From the IMG/VR virus record IMGVR_UViG_3300025913_000021, positions 1 to 64,000 of that record: 64,000 bases of DNA. One strand, given 5' to 3'. The translations under genes were made by a program, and so were the position numbers. Source of the DNA: a virus. Below are positions 1 through 9,180 of this stretch, piece after piece. The notes under the pieces were generated by a model that worked only from the letters and a program-made list of their open reading frames with translations, made no database searches and was not told the origin of the DNA. How positions within the stretch are numbered: the first letter of the stretch is position 1; each line of letters begins with the position of its first letter.

Positions 1-350
1 CCCGCGCCGGACATGAGGTCCGAGACGACCTTGAGCGCGGTCGCCGCCTGGTCCTTGTCCTCGTCGTCGCACGTGGCCAGGTACATCGCCAGTGCCTGCC
101 AGGCCGACATGAGCAACTGCTGCTGCTCCGGGGTGTCGTCCTGGTCGGCAGCGTCGGCCACCAACGCCTTCTCGATCAGCTCGGACAGCTCGGCGGTCAG
201 CGTGTAGTCCTGGACCACAGTGGCGACCGGACCCTTGTCCGTGTTGTCGATCCGGATGATCTTCTTCCATTGTGGCGCGCTGGCGCTGACGGCGGCGAAC
301 ACCGACCCGTCGGACGAGGTGCTGGGCACGGCGGCGGCTTCGGTGGTCAT
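1..350 (-). CDS. Partial CDS (runs off the left edge); possible head-assembly protein
   Basis: ATG at 350 with GGAGGG upstream; open frame MTTEAAAVPSTSSDG... to position 1; lies downstream of the portal candidate. Confidence 0.55.
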   Translation of the reverse strand, partial: MTTEAAAVPSTSSDGSVFAAVSASAPQWKKIIRIDNTDKGPVATVVQDYTLTAELSELIEKALVADAADQDDTPEQQQLLMSAWQALAMYLATCDDEDKDQAATALKVVSDLMSGA

Positions 351-385
351 GCCCTCCGTATCGGCCTTCGCGGCTGCGCGTTCCA

Positions 386-685
386 CTAGACGAGCCAGAC
401 GGTGCCCGCGCCGGAGCCGGTGCACTCCAGGAACAGGCCGTGCTCGCAGTCGAGTTCGTAGTTCCACGAGTACGTGCCGGGCCCGCCGCAGACGGCCACC
501 ACGTCCCCCGTGGCGTCGGTGCCGTTGTGCACGACGACCTTCGTGAAGCCGTTGTAGGCGATGCCGACGATCTGCTCCTGCGTCGCGCCGACCGGGATCT
601 GCGCGCCGGAGTTCTGGTCGGTCGCGGTGTGCGCTGCGGTGCCCACCTGGCCGGAGCCAGTGAACGCAACGGGCTGAACCTGCAT
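386..685 (-). CDS. Hypothetical protein, possibly a small virion protein
   Basis: 99 aa ORF, AGGAG RBS, directly after the portal candidate. Confidence 0.6.
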   Translation of the reverse strand: MQVQPVAFTGSGQVGTAAHTATDQNSGAQIPVGATQEQIVGIAYNGFTKVVVHNGTDATGDVVAVCGGPGTYSWNYELDCEHGLFLECTGSGAGTVWLV

Positions 686-694
686 GGTGATCTC

Positions 695-2539
695 CTAGTT
701 CGGGGTGGCGGGCGTCTTGGGTGCGGTCGGTCCCGCAGCCGGGGTTCGGTCACTACCCAGCCCGCCACCGCCCTGCGGACGGCCCCCGGCGTTGCCGGTC
801 TGGAACGGGTTGGTCTCGGGCGAGGAGAACGGCACCGAGGACTTGAACACGTCGTCGATGCCCTTCTCGCGCTTGCGGCGCACGTACTCGACCTGCTGGT
901 CCATCTGGAACTCCTCCAGCTCGGTCTCGCGGCTGATGTCGCCACGGTCGCGGAGCTGGAGCACGAGCTTCATGATGTTCGCGTCCAGGCCGATGACCAC
1001 GCGCTTCGGGTGGAAACTGATGTGCGGCGCTTCGGTCAGCACGGTCTCGTTGCGCTTCATCGTCTGCTCGACGAGGTAGGTCCACAGCGTGTCGGCCAGG
1101 TCGTTGCGCCGCGACTCGATGCCCCGCGCGATCTCGTCGTCCGTGGGCCCGCCGCCGCCCGAGCCGCCCTCCATGCGCGAGCCGGAGCCGTTGAGCTTGA
1201 ACGTGCCGAGCGCCCGCATGATCAGCCGGTGGTCGATCAGGTCGTAGCGCTTCGGATCCAGGACGTGATCGACGGCCGGGGTGACGATTTCGACGGACAG
1301 TCGATGGTCGCCGACGAGGATCGGCATCCTGGCCACGACCCGGCTCTGCTCCCGAAGCTGCTCGACCTCACCGGGCCGCGCGGGGAACTTGTCGCTACCT
1401 CGCTTGAGAACGATGATGAAGTTCGTCGCACCGATCAGCGTCGCTCGGTCCGACGCACGCAGGTGGCTCTTGATGTCCAGGTCCGGCAGCACCGACTTGA
1501 GCCGCACCGACGCGAAGCGCTCGTAGTCCGCGCGGGTCAGCGTGTGCCGGAAGATCGCATCCCGCTTGAACAGCCACAGCCACGCCTTCGTCGCGGGGTC
1601 GCGATGGTTCTCGTGCAGGACGGCCAGCTCCTCGGGCGTCGGCGTGTACGGCCCGTCGAACATCTTGAGCACCAGCGGGTCGGTGCCCTTGCCCTCGAAC
1701 ACGGCCATGAACGCCTGGTGCTCGGCCGGGCTGGCGATGTAGGCGAAGCGCTCGCGGCCGAACATGAGCTGGCCGACCGGCAGGATCTTGGTCGGATCCC
1801 AGATGGTCAGCCCGGCCGGAGCGGTGATGGCGAACTGCTTGCGCCGGGCGCGCTTCTTCGGACCCGGGCGCGGCTCACCACTGGGGTGCAGATCCTCCGC
1901 ACCGGGGATCGGTACGTCGCCCTGCGAGTCGCTGTCCATGTTGGTGAGCGGGATCGTGGGCGTGCGGACCTTGAGGACGAGATCCTGCCAGTCGATGCCG
2001 AAGTACACCTGGCTGACCTTGAACAGCTCGCGCCAGGCGATCTTCATCTTGGTCTGGAGCCGCAGCTTGAGGCCGATCTGGTTCCAGATGTCCTCCTGGT
2101 CTTGATCGACCATCTCGAAGGACACCTGCGAGAAGGCGAGCCCCTCGGTGGCGTCGGCGACGGCCGAGAGGATGTCGTCGAACTCCACGGCGTCGGCCGC
2201 TTGCATCATCTGGTCGTAGACGTTCGTGGTCATCGTGTAGCGGCCACGGAAGAACAGCGAGCTACCCGCGAGGGACGTGCTGTTCATGTTCCGGGTCCAC
2301 TGCGCGACGGCCGAGGCGATCTCGTCTCGAATCGGACGGCCGTCCAAAGTCCGGCCCATCACCATCGCCTGCTCGGCGACCTCCTCCGGCACGCCCGCCT
2401 CGTTGATGTACGAGTAGGAGGCGTTGCCCGGCGCGTCCGTACCGCCCCAGTCCACCTCCAGCGGCAGCACCGTGGTCGGCGGCATGCTGGAGATGTCGAA
2501 CGGTGCGAGCCCCTGGGGCTCGTCGGATAGGACCCTCAC
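695..2539 (-). CDS. Probable portal protein
   Basis: About 614 aa; GTG overlaps the upstream stop (GTGA); downstream of terminase; size and Gly/Pro-rich tail fit a portal; function assigned by position. Confidence 0.6.
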   Translation of the reverse strand: MRVLSDEPQGLAPFDISSMPPTTVLPLEVDWGGTDAPGNASYSYINEAGVPEEVAEQAMVMGRTLDGRPIRDEIASAVAQWTRNMNSTSLAGSSLFFRGRYTMTTNVYDQMMQAADAVEFDDILSAVADATEGLAFSQVSFEMVDQDQEDIWNQIGLKLRLQTKMKIAWRELFKVSQVYFGIDWQDLVLKVRTPTIPLTNMDSDSQGDVPIPGAEDLHPSGEPRPGPKKRARRKQFAITAPAGLTIWDPTKILPVGQLMFGRERFAYIASPAEHQAFMAVFEGKGTDPLVLKMFDGPYTPTPEELAVLHENHRDPATKAWLWLFKRDAIFRHTLTRADYERFASVRLKSVLPDLDIKSHLRASDRATLIGATNFIIVLKRGSDKFPARPGEVEQLREQSRVVARMPILVGDHRLSVEIVTPAVDHVLDPKRYDLIDHRLIMRALGTFKLNGSGSRMEGGSGGGGPTDDEIARGIESRRNDLADTLWTYLVEQTMKRNETVLTEAPHISFHPKRVVIGLDANIMKLVLQLRDRGDISRETELEEFQMDQQVEYVRRKREKGIDDVFKSSVPFSSPETNPFQTGNAGGRPQGGGGLGSDRTPAAGPTAPKTPATPN

Positions 2540-2937
2540 ACCTGACCCCGCCCGCTCGCGTTCCAGTCGAACTCCCGCATCGCGTGCAGCCGCGAGGCAA
2601 CCTGGAACTGGTCCTTCAACGCTGCGATCACCCGCTCGCACTCCTCGCGCACTGGTCGCCACTCGCGTCGGATGTGCTCGATGCGGCTGATCTGGACGAC
2701 GATCTCGACGAGCCGGGCCGAGTGGGCGCTCACGGCGACCATGACCTGATCCGGCTCGAACTTGCTGAACACCTTCATGTCGGCCAGGGCGTCGTCGATC
2801 TCGCTGCGCACGCTCTGCACGCTGCCGAGCGTCGAGTTCACCGGGACGCCCAACGCTGCCGCGCTAGCTGGCGCAAGGGGCGCCTTAGCTTCCGGTAGCC
2901 CTTGGTTAGGTGCCGATTCCAGTTTCAAGGTGGCCAC
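2536..2937 (-). CDS. Hypothetical helical protein
   Basis: 133 aa ORF between terminase and portal candidate, coupled to the latter. Confidence 0.65.
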   Translation of the reverse strand: MATLKLESAPNQGLPEAKAPLAPASAAALGVPVNSTLGSVQSVRSEIDDALADMKVFSKFEPDQVMVAVSAHSARLVEIVVQISRIEHIRREWRPVREECERVIAALKDQFQVASRLHAMREFDWNASGRGQV

Positions 2938-2995
2938 GAGAAACTCATCGGGCTCCGACCTTCACACGATTGAGCCGGAGCTGCCTCTTATAGGT

Positions 2996-3238
2996 ATGAG
3001 CACCTACACCCTGGAGCTGGACGAGCACGACCTGCGCATGCTGATGCACGCGATGAAGGCGTACCGGCGGCAGCTCGACAAGAACCAGCGACGCAACGAG
3101 CGAATCGGATGGACGCCTGAACCTGGGAAGGGAGACCGGCAGAGCGCGCTGATGACGCGCTGGATCGACCTGGACCGACGACTGCGGGCTAGTAGTCGGC
3201 CCAGTCGTACATCGGGTCCATCGGAGCCGCCGCACTGA
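2996..3238 (+). CDS. Hypothetical protein on the opposite strand inside the packaging cluster
   Basis: MSTYTLELDEHDLRML..., good codon bias; 3' end overlaps the terminase 3' end. Confidence 0.55.
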   Translation: MSTYTLELDEHDLRMLMHAMKAYRRQLDKNQRRNERIGWTPEPGKGDRQSALMTRWIDLDRRLRASSRPSRTSGPSEPPH

Positions 3239-4877
3239 GGGCCATCGGGTCGTCATCGAACAAGCCGGTGACCAGCACGGAGGTGCGTTCGGGCAGCAGC
3301 TTCATCTGCTTCTCGATCAGCTCCTGGCTGTGCGCGAGAGCGGCCATCCGTGCGGCGTCGAGGGCGTGGAACTTGCCCTTGTTGAACTCCTTCTTGCCGT
3401 ACGGGTTGGTCGCCGACTTGCTGATGTAGTACGCCTGGCCCTGGAACTCCTTGAGCATGTCGATGTCCCACGGCAGCACGAGACGGCCCTGGTCAACGAG
3501 CAGGCGCAGCTCGTCGGAGCTGAACTCCAGCACGTTGCCGAGGATCGCGCGGTCCATCGGGTCGGACCATTCGTTCTCGTCCTCGGGCGGAGGCTCGAAG
3601 CCGACCGGGATCTTCTCCGAGAAGTTGTAGCCCCGAATCGCGTTCCGCAGCTCGTCGCTGACCTCGACGCCCTGGCCGGTGGCCGTGATGAGGTTGAAGA
3701 TCGGCAGGCCGAGACCGGTGCGGTCCATCCCGAAGGCGAGCGGCTTGTAGAACTGCGCGACGTGATCCATCACGCGGAGCTGGTCCATCGTGCCGATGCG
3801 CTCCAGGTGGATGCGCGTGAGGCAGCGCAGCCGCTCGCCGCCGTCCTTGCCCGGCTTGGCCTCTGCGCCGAACACCAGGATCTCGGACGGGTGGTTGGTC
3901 ATACCAACGTCCATCCCGATCCAGAGGCGCTTGAACTGCTTGTGGGAGCCGGGCAGGTCGATCAGTGCCTCGATCGGCAGGCCCGAGTCGCGCAGCGCCT
4001 CGTCGTTGATCCGGATGTGCGTGTAGACGCTGACGTTGTAGTCGCTCTCCTCGCGCGAGTCCACGCAGGCCATGAGGCGGTGCAGCACGAACAGCGAGGA
4101 CATCGCATCGCCGTGCAGGCCCAGGATGTTGCGCCGGTAGTCGGGGTGCTCGCGCGAGCCGTACAGCTCGGCCTTGGCCTTGCGCTCCTTCGCGGTCCAG
4201 TCGGGCCGGTGCATGGCGGTGATGCGGTGGACGTACCAGTCCTCGCTCTGGCTGCGCGTGTAGTAGTCGTCGCGCACGCCTCGGGACACGCCGTGGGCCC
4301 GCCAGCGCGAGGTCTCGTCGCCGTAGCGCAGCGTCTCGGTCAGTTCCACCCATCCGGCATGCGGGTAGTCCTGCGCCTCGTCCATCTCCAGGACGCGGGG
4401 GTGCATGCCCTTGACGCCTCGGCCGTCCTTCTGCGGGATACGGCCGATGATCTTCGCGTCGTTGCGGAACTTCGCCTCGAACGGGCGGTGCGTGATGCCG
4501 GTGGACTGCGAGCCGCTCTTGAGCATTTCCCTGGAGAGGCGAGTGCTGAGCAGGCGATCCTCGATGTGCTTGGTCACCGGGTCGAGGTGGATCATTTCCG
4601 GCGCGGTGATCAGCATGTCGTTGCCAGGGTTCATGAACGGGAAGGCGAACGCCCGCATCTGGATGCCGACCGACTTGCCGATCGCTCGACCGCACTGGTC
4701 GATCTGCTGCTTCGAGTCGTTGCGGTACCAGGCGTACTGGTAGTCGTAGCAGCGGAACAGGTTGTCAGGCTGGTCCGGGTCCTTCCAGAGGAACTCGGCG
4801 ATGTCCACGCCGCTCGAATCCATGAGGATGGCGACGAGGTACTTCTCCCCCTCGGTCAGAGCTTCGAGAACCGCCAT
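3189..4877 (-). CDS. terL: Terminase large subunit
   Basis: Walker A-like GRAIGKS, Walker B VLEMDEAQD, RNase H-like nuclease motifs IGMDVG, GMDRTGLG and HALDAARMA; 562 aa. Confidence 0.9.
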   Translation of the reverse strand: MAVLEALTEGEKYLVAILMDSSGVDIAEFLWKDPDQPDNLFRCYDYQYAWYRNDSKQQIDQCGRAIGKSVGIQMRAFAFPFMNPGNDMLITAPEMIHLDPVTKHIEDRLLSTRLSREMLKSGSQSTGITHRPFEAKFRNDAKIIGRIPQKDGRGVKGMHPRVLEMDEAQDYPHAGWVELTETLRYGDETSRWRAHGVSRGVRDDYYTRSQSEDWYVHRITAMHRPDWTAKERKAKAELYGSREHPDYRRNILGLHGDAMSSLFVLHRLMACVDSREESDYNVSVYTHIRINDEALRDSGLPIEALIDLPGSHKQFKRLWIGMDVGMTNHPSEILVFGAEAKPGKDGGERLRCLTRIHLERIGTMDQLRVMDHVAQFYKPLAFGMDRTGLGLPIFNLITATGQGVEVSDELRNAIRGYNFSEKIPVGFEPPPEDENEWSDPMDRAILGNVLEFSSDELRLLVDQGRLVLPWDIDMLKEFQGQAYYISKSATNPYGKKEFNKGKFHALDAARMAALAHSQELIEKQMKLLPERTSVLVTGLFDDDPMALSAAAPMDPMYDWADY

Positions 4878-4920
4878 ACTTCTTTGTTCGGACGCACGTC
4901 CATTCCGACTTAGAAAGCAC

Positions 4921-4955
4921 CGAGCCCCTGGCAGCGGGGGACCGCCAGGGGCTCG
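4921..4955 (-). terminator. Intrinsic terminator hairpin
   Basis: CGAGCCCCTGGC / GCCAGGGGCTCG inverted repeat followed by GTGCTTTCT on the minus strand. Confidence 0.65.
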
Positions 4956-4991
4956 ATGCGTCCGGCAGCGGGGGGAGTGCCGGAGTCGTGA

Positions 4992-5594
4992 TCAGGAGAC
5001 GGTCGGAGCCGTCCCGTCACCCGGGGCCGGAGCCGACGGGTCGGTCGTGCCGGTGTCGGTCGTGCCGGTCCCGTCGGTGGCGGTACCGGTCGTGTCCGTG
5101 GTGCCCGGGTCGGTCGTGCCCGGATCGGTGACGACCGTGCCACCGTCGCCGGTGCCGGTGCCGTCGCCCGCCGTGCCCGGATCGACCGGCGTGGTGCCGT
5201 CGGTCGGCGTGGTGCCCGGGTCCGGCGTGGTGCCCGGGTCCGGCGTGGTCGAGCTGCCGGAACCGCCACCGGCCAGCTCGGCGAGCTTGGCGTTCGCGGC
5301 GTTGAGGGCGTCGAGCGCCTTGCTCAGCTCGGCCTCGTCGGCGGCCTCCTGGTTCTGCGACGCGGTGAGCGCGTTCTGGAGGACGGCGGCTGCGGCCTGC
5401 TGAGCGACGATCACGCCGTTGAGCGCGTCGGTCTCGGTGGCGAGCTGGGCGAGAGCAGCGTCCACCTGATCGGTGAGTGCGGACATGAGGAAGTGCAGCT
5501 CCTTTCGGAGTTCGGTGAGCATGTACTGCTCGGCGGGTGAGAGTAGGAGCGCTTCGTAGTCCTCGCGAGGCACTCCGGCGTCCATTTGGGTCAC
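4992..5594 (-). CDS. Coiled-coil protein with a Thr/Pro/Gly/Asp low-complexity tail
   Basis: Ala/Leu heptads then TTPDPG repeats; start uncertain. Confidence 0.7.
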   Translation of the reverse strand: MTQMDAGVPREDYEALLLSPAEQYMLTELRKELHFLMSALTDQVDAALAQLATETDALNGVIVAQQAAAAVLQNALTASQNQEAADEAELSKALDALNAANAKLAELAGGGSGSSTTPDPGTTPDPGTTPTDGTTPVDPGTAGDGTGTGDGGTVVTDPGTTDPGTTDTTGTATDGTGTTDTGTTDPSAPAPGDGTAPTVS

Positions 5595-5665
5595 GGGTCT
5601 GACCGTAGCGCAGCAAAGCGACGCATCCTAGTCGTGATCGGCGATTCTCGCGCGTTGATCAAGAC

Positions 5666-5700
5666 AAAACCCCACGCCGCATTAGCAGTGCGGGTGGGGC
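5666..5700 (-). terminator. Terminator after the tRNA
   Basis: CCCCAC...GTGGGG stem followed by TTTT on the minus strand. Confidence 0.6.
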
Positions 5701-5742
5701 TCGCGGAGGCTCACAGCAGCCTCTCTAGCTGCCCTCGCCTCG

Positions 5743-5816
5743 TAGCGGGAGCTGGATTCGAACCAGCGACCTACGGATTATGAGTCCGCCGAGCTACCAA
5801 GCTGCTCCATCCCGCC
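5743..5816 (-). tRNA. tRNA with CAT anticodon (Met, initiator-like); CCA not encoded
   Basis: GGCGGGA TG GAGC AGCTTGGTA GCTC G GCGGA CT CAT AA TCCGT AGGTC GCTGG TTCGAAT CCAGC TCCCGCT A folds into a cloverleaf. Confidence 0.92.
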
Positions 5817-5985
5817 AGGGTGTGCTCCGGGCTGCGGTCTTCCCGATCTGCTGGGCCAGTCGTGAACTGCACCTGCGTGTTCGAGTCACCGCTGGGAGCC
5901 CACTCTCCCCGGAGCACGAGGCTGAACATTAGCTCGGGTTGGATGCGCTGTCCATCCCGTTTTCGTCGAAGCCGACGACTCCTGT

Positions 5986-6159
5986 GTGAGCACGACGGAT
6001 CAGCCCAGCGACGATCTTCCGAGTGCCCGGGTGACCTTGGAGACCACCTGGGTGACGACCTGCCCGCACTGCGGGGAGAGGAACCGGACTCATAGCCCGC
6101 CCTCGACGAAACAGCCGTTGGTCTGTTCTGAGTGTGGCTGGAAGTACCTGCCCGCCTGA
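5986..6159 (+). CDS. Small zinc-ribbon protein (57 aa, not in the ORF track)
   Basis: Manual translation MSTTDQPSDD...CPHCGERN...LVCSECGWKYLPA. Confidence 0.55.
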   Translation: MSTTDQPSDDLPSARVTLETTWVTTCPHCGERNRTHSPPSTKQPLVCSECGWKYLPA

Positions 6160-6233
6160 CCTGGCCGTGTTGTGTGCTGGGGGTGTATGTTCGACTGCGA
6201 TCGGTGCACGGGACACGGTGTGGAACGGGTGAG

Positions 6234-6273
6234 CGAAGGCCGGGCCTGGAGGAAACTCCGGACCCGGCCTTCG
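6234..6273. terminator. Hairpin between convergent genes
   Basis: CGAAGGCCGGG / CCCGGCCTTCG inverted repeat. Confidence 0.6.
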
Positions 6274-6286
6274 TCGTTGCTGTAGG

Positions 6287-6451
6287 TCAGACGGGTGTGC
6301 GCGGCCCCCGGCCGATCCCCGTCGCGACGCCCCAGGCGAGGCCGATGACGAGGCACACCAGGCCGATGATCCAGAGCAGACCCACGCCGAAGATCAGGCC
6401 CAGCACCAGCAGCACCACGCCCAGGATGGCGAGACCCCACGGACTCATCAT
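6287..6451 (-). CDS. Small membrane protein
   Basis: Two hydrophobic segments; GGAGGA RBS before the ATG at 6451. Confidence 0.7.
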   Translation of the reverse strand: MMSPWGLAILGVVLLVLGLIFGVGLLWIIGLVCLVIGLAWGVATGIGRGPRTPV

Positions 6452-6501
6452 GAGTTCCTCCACTCTCTCGCCTGAGAGCTTCCCCCGGGACAATCCGAAC
6501 G

Positions 6502-7089
6502 TCACCGAGCGAGGAACGGGCTCTCCTTGCTGACCTGGAGGAAGTCCCGGTAGAGCCGCGTCGCTATCACGGGGCGCTCGGTGATCAGCCGCAAGAACGC
6601 GGCCTGCGCCGCCATCAGCCGGTACTCCAGGAAGTAGCTCGGCGGCTTGTTCAGCGCCTCGGCGATGCGCTCGATGTCCTGCATCGTCGGGTGGTACTTG
6701 TCCGGGTGCGCGTCGGGCAGGAACATCCGCTGGTACATGCGCCGGGACATGAAGATCTTCTCGGCAAACATCTTGTGGTAGCCCTGCCGGACCTTCTTCG
6801 TCAGCACCTCGGTGATCGGGTCGTCCGTGTACTCACCGTGCAGGAGCGCGTTGAGGTTGACCTCCTCCTCCTTGGGCATCGGCCGCTGACCGATGCGCCC
6901 AGGCTTCGCGTACGCCTGCTTGATGAGGTCGGAGAGCATCGTTTCCAACGCCTCGGGGCGCGTGGTGAACGCGGCGACCCAGCTCTTTTCCACGGCCTTC
7001 GCGGTCGGGCCGGTGAGCGTGCGCAGCGAGGGATAGCTGCGCGAGAGGTTGTCGATGTCGTAGTTCGGAGCCTTCTGACGCGTGGTCAT
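6502..7089 (-). CDS. XRE-like helix-turn-helix protein
   Basis: C-terminal PTMQDIERIAEALNKPPSYFL resembles the end of an XRE HTH; ATGA coupling. Confidence 0.55.
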   Translation of the reverse strand: MTTRQKAPNYDIDNLSRSYPSLRTLTGPTAKAVEKSWVAAFTTRPEALETMLSDLIKQAYAKPGRIGQRPMPKEEEVNLNALLHGEYTDDPITEVLTKKVRQGYHKMFAEKIFMSRRMYQRMFLPDAHPDKYHPTMQDIERIAEALNKPPSYFLEYRLMAAQAAFLRLITERPVIATRLYRDFLQVSKESPFLAR

Positions 7090-7724
7090 AGGTCGCTGAT
7101 CCAGATCTTCTGGTTGGCGCGAAACGCCTGGTTCAGGCCAGCCCATTCCGGCATCACCTGCTCGCGGACCCACTGGATCATGGAGTCCGAGGACAGGTCC
7201 AGTTCCCGTCTCTCCTGCTCGTCGCAGCGGTCGTAGGTGTTGATCATCGAGATCAACTGCCAGAGGTACGTGACCGCCTTGGCGTACTGCTCGTCCCGGT
7301 GGACCCCGAACTCCTTCGCGCGATCCAGCAGGTTCGCCACGTAGTCGCCGAGGGTCTCGCCCTTGTCCTTCTCTCGTTGTGCCCGGTCGATGCCCAGGCT
7401 GGCCTTCACCAGCCGGATCTCGACGCTGTACTCCTTGATGTTCGACTTCAACTCGGTCTCGTTGACGCGACCGGCGAGGTAGTCGAAGCCCTGCGTGAGC
7501 CAGTTCGACCAACGGTGGACCATGACCTCCAAGGTCAACAACCGACTTAGGTCCTCAACGTCCGAGACGTTGGTGAAGTGGTTGTCGGACATGTACTTGT
7601 CGCGCTGGGACTCGTAGTAGATCGCCTCCCCCTCGTTCTGGAGGTTGATCGTCGAGCCCGACGGCGAGGTGACCTGGTAGAGCTGGAGCCCGTACGGGTT
7701 CTCCACATCGACGGTGGTCGGCAT
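7086..7724 (-). CDS. Hypothetical protein, possible terminase small subunit
   Basis: Helical, 212 aa; SLGIDRAQR resembles the LG(L/I)xxxxR motif of small terminases; upstream of terL. Confidence 0.35.
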   Translation of the reverse strand: MPTTVDVENPYGLQLYQVTSPSGSTINLQNEGEAIYYESQRDKYMSDNHFTNVSDVEDLSRLLTLEVMVHRWSNWLTQGFDYLAGRVNETELKSNIKEYSVEIRLVKASLGIDRAQREKDKGETLGDYVANLLDRAKEFGVHRDEQYAKAVTYLWQLISMINTYDRCDEQERRELDLSSDSMIQWVREQVMPEWAGLNQAFRANQKIWISDL

Positions 7725-7812
7725 GCTCTCTCCCCGACGTTCGTTGGTCGAGAACGAACGTCCGTCCATTCAAGCAGATCATCGGAACTAACGCTCAAAA
7801 TCTGAGCACAGA

Positions 7813-8343
7813 CTAGAACCAGCCGGTCAGCTCGATCTCCACGCCCTCGGGATGCTCGGCGTCGGCGAAGCGCTTGCACGAGTCCATGTCGGTGACCGTC
7901 TTGTCGTTCTCGATGATCCCGACCTTCTGGAGCGCGTCGAGCACGCACTTCTCCAGGTTGTCGAGGTCGCCTGGACGCGAGGTCATCGGGTACTGGACCT
8001 TCTTCGGCAGGCTGGCCGGGCGCTTCACGTTGAAGCGCAGCGACACGACGATGCGCCCCTTGATCGGCAGAACGTCGTACTCGCCGGGGTGGTCCATCAT
8101 CATGGCCGCGAGCGCCTGCTTGGCCTGCCAGGCGATCGTGTCCTCCCAGTTCACCGTCGAGTCCGGCGTGAAGGTCATGATCGCGCCGTTCTTGTCGCGC
8201 ACCGTGCGGGCGCGGGCCTTCGGCTTCGGCGTGCCGACGGCGGTGAACTTGAAGAAGATCAGGGAGTTGGTGCGGATCCATTCGGGCTTGAGCCAACTGG
8301 CTGCGACACCACCTGGAGAGACCTGTGGTGCCGCTCCGCCCAT
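7813..8343 (-). CDS. rusA: RusA-family Holliday junction resolvase
   Basis: PKPKARAR, RPGDLDNLEKCVLDAL and IENDKTV catalytic Asp motifs. Confidence 0.85.
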   Translation of the reverse strand: MGGAAPQVSPGGVAASWLKPEWIRTNSLIFFKFTAVGTPKPKARARTVRDKNGAIMTFTPDSTVNWEDTIAWQAKQALAAMMMDHPGEYDVLPIKGRIVVSLRFNVKRPASLPKKVQYPMTSRPGDLDNLEKCVLDALQKVGIIENDKTVTDMDSCKRFADAEHPEGVEIELTGWF

Positions 8344-8519
8344 GAGACGAGCCCTTCCGTGCGCAACCGGGTGAGGTAGCTGTGCAAGGTCGCCACGGAC
8401 GTATCGGTGACCTCAGCGACCTCGCGCAGTGATGGGGCTCGGCCGTGCTGCTGCGTCAGTCGCTCGATCGCGACGACGATCCCGTCCTTCTTGTAATCGT
8501 AGAGCGACTGGCGCGCCAA
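8259..8519 (-). CDS. Stand-alone LexA-type winged-helix DNA-binding domain
   Basis: HGRAPSLREVAE...SVATLHSYLTRLRTEGLV...RSL; TTG start after GAGGAG; no peptidase domain. Confidence 0.75.
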   Translation of the reverse strand: MARQSLYDYKKDGIVVAIERLTQQHGRAPSLREVAEVTDTSVATLHSYLTRLRTEGLVSWAERHHRSLQVVSQPVGSSPNGSAPTP

Positions 8520-8598
8520 GGCTGCTCCTCGTTCCGGTCCCCCGAAGCTGTTCCGTCTCCTGTTTCCTCGGCACTTGGTGTTCAGCTTTTGAACAAAG

Positions 8599-8636
8599 TC
8601 GTCCCCCAGTGCGGTCGAGGTGGCACTGGGGGACGA
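8599..8636 (-). terminator. Intrinsic terminator
   Basis: 14-bp perfect stem TCGTCCCCCAGTGC / GCACTGGGGGACGA followed by CTTTGTT. Confidence 0.7.
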
Positions 8637-8640
8637 GGAT

Positions 8641-8844
8641 CTAGTCGTAGGAGACGTACGCGCCGGGCGGCAGCAGCGTGCCTGGCGTACCCGAAGGTAC
8701 GTCGGCCGAAGCCTCGGGCCAGTCGTCGTTGGCCACGGCGGGCGTCGCACTCTCGGACGGATCGAGTTCGATCGCATCCGCTGGCGTCGGCACGTCCGGG
8801 TCCTCGATCTGGCCCTTCGGCGCGCCTGCGTTCCGCTCGCTCAT
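8641..8844 (-). CDS. Acidic hypothetical protein
   Basis: GGGGAGG RBS, followed by a terminator. Confidence 0.6.
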   Translation of the reverse strand: MSERNAGAPKGQIEDPDVPTPADAIELDPSESATPAVANDDWPEASADVPSGTPGTLLPPGAYVSYD

Positions 8845-8885
8845 GATCGCCTCCCCTTCGATCTGAACACTTTATGGGGACAGCA

Positions 8886-8924
8886 CACGGCGGGGCAACA
8901 CGACACGCGCGTTGCCCCGCCGTG
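8886..8924 (-). terminator. Hairpin terminator
   Basis: CACGGCGGGGCAAC / GTTGCCCCGCCGTG. Confidence 0.6.
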
Positions 8925-8932
8925 GTTGTCGG

Positions 8933-9124
8933 TCAGGTGCGACCGGGCTGGCCGTCCGCACGCGGATAGCCGTTGGCCCGAGCGGCGGCACCGGGGAAAT
9001 CGGTGTAGTCCGCCGGGTCGTAGTCGTTGCGGTCCGCCGGAGCGAGCGTGCTGTCGGCGTCGCTCACCGCGCGAGCGGCAGCGGCCGAGTAGCTGACCTG
9101 ACCCTGGTAAGCCTGCTGTGCCAT
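8933..9124 (-). CDS. Hypothetical protein
   Basis: AAAGGAGG RBS, followed by a hairpin. Confidence 0.65.
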   Translation of the reverse strand: MAQQAYQGQVSYSAAAARAVSDADSTLAPADRNDYDPADYTDFPGAAARANGYPRADGQPGRT

Positions 9125-9180
9125 GTCCGTCCTCCTTTCCGACGAGAGGCGTGATGTCGATCGACCTCTACTGCATCGGC

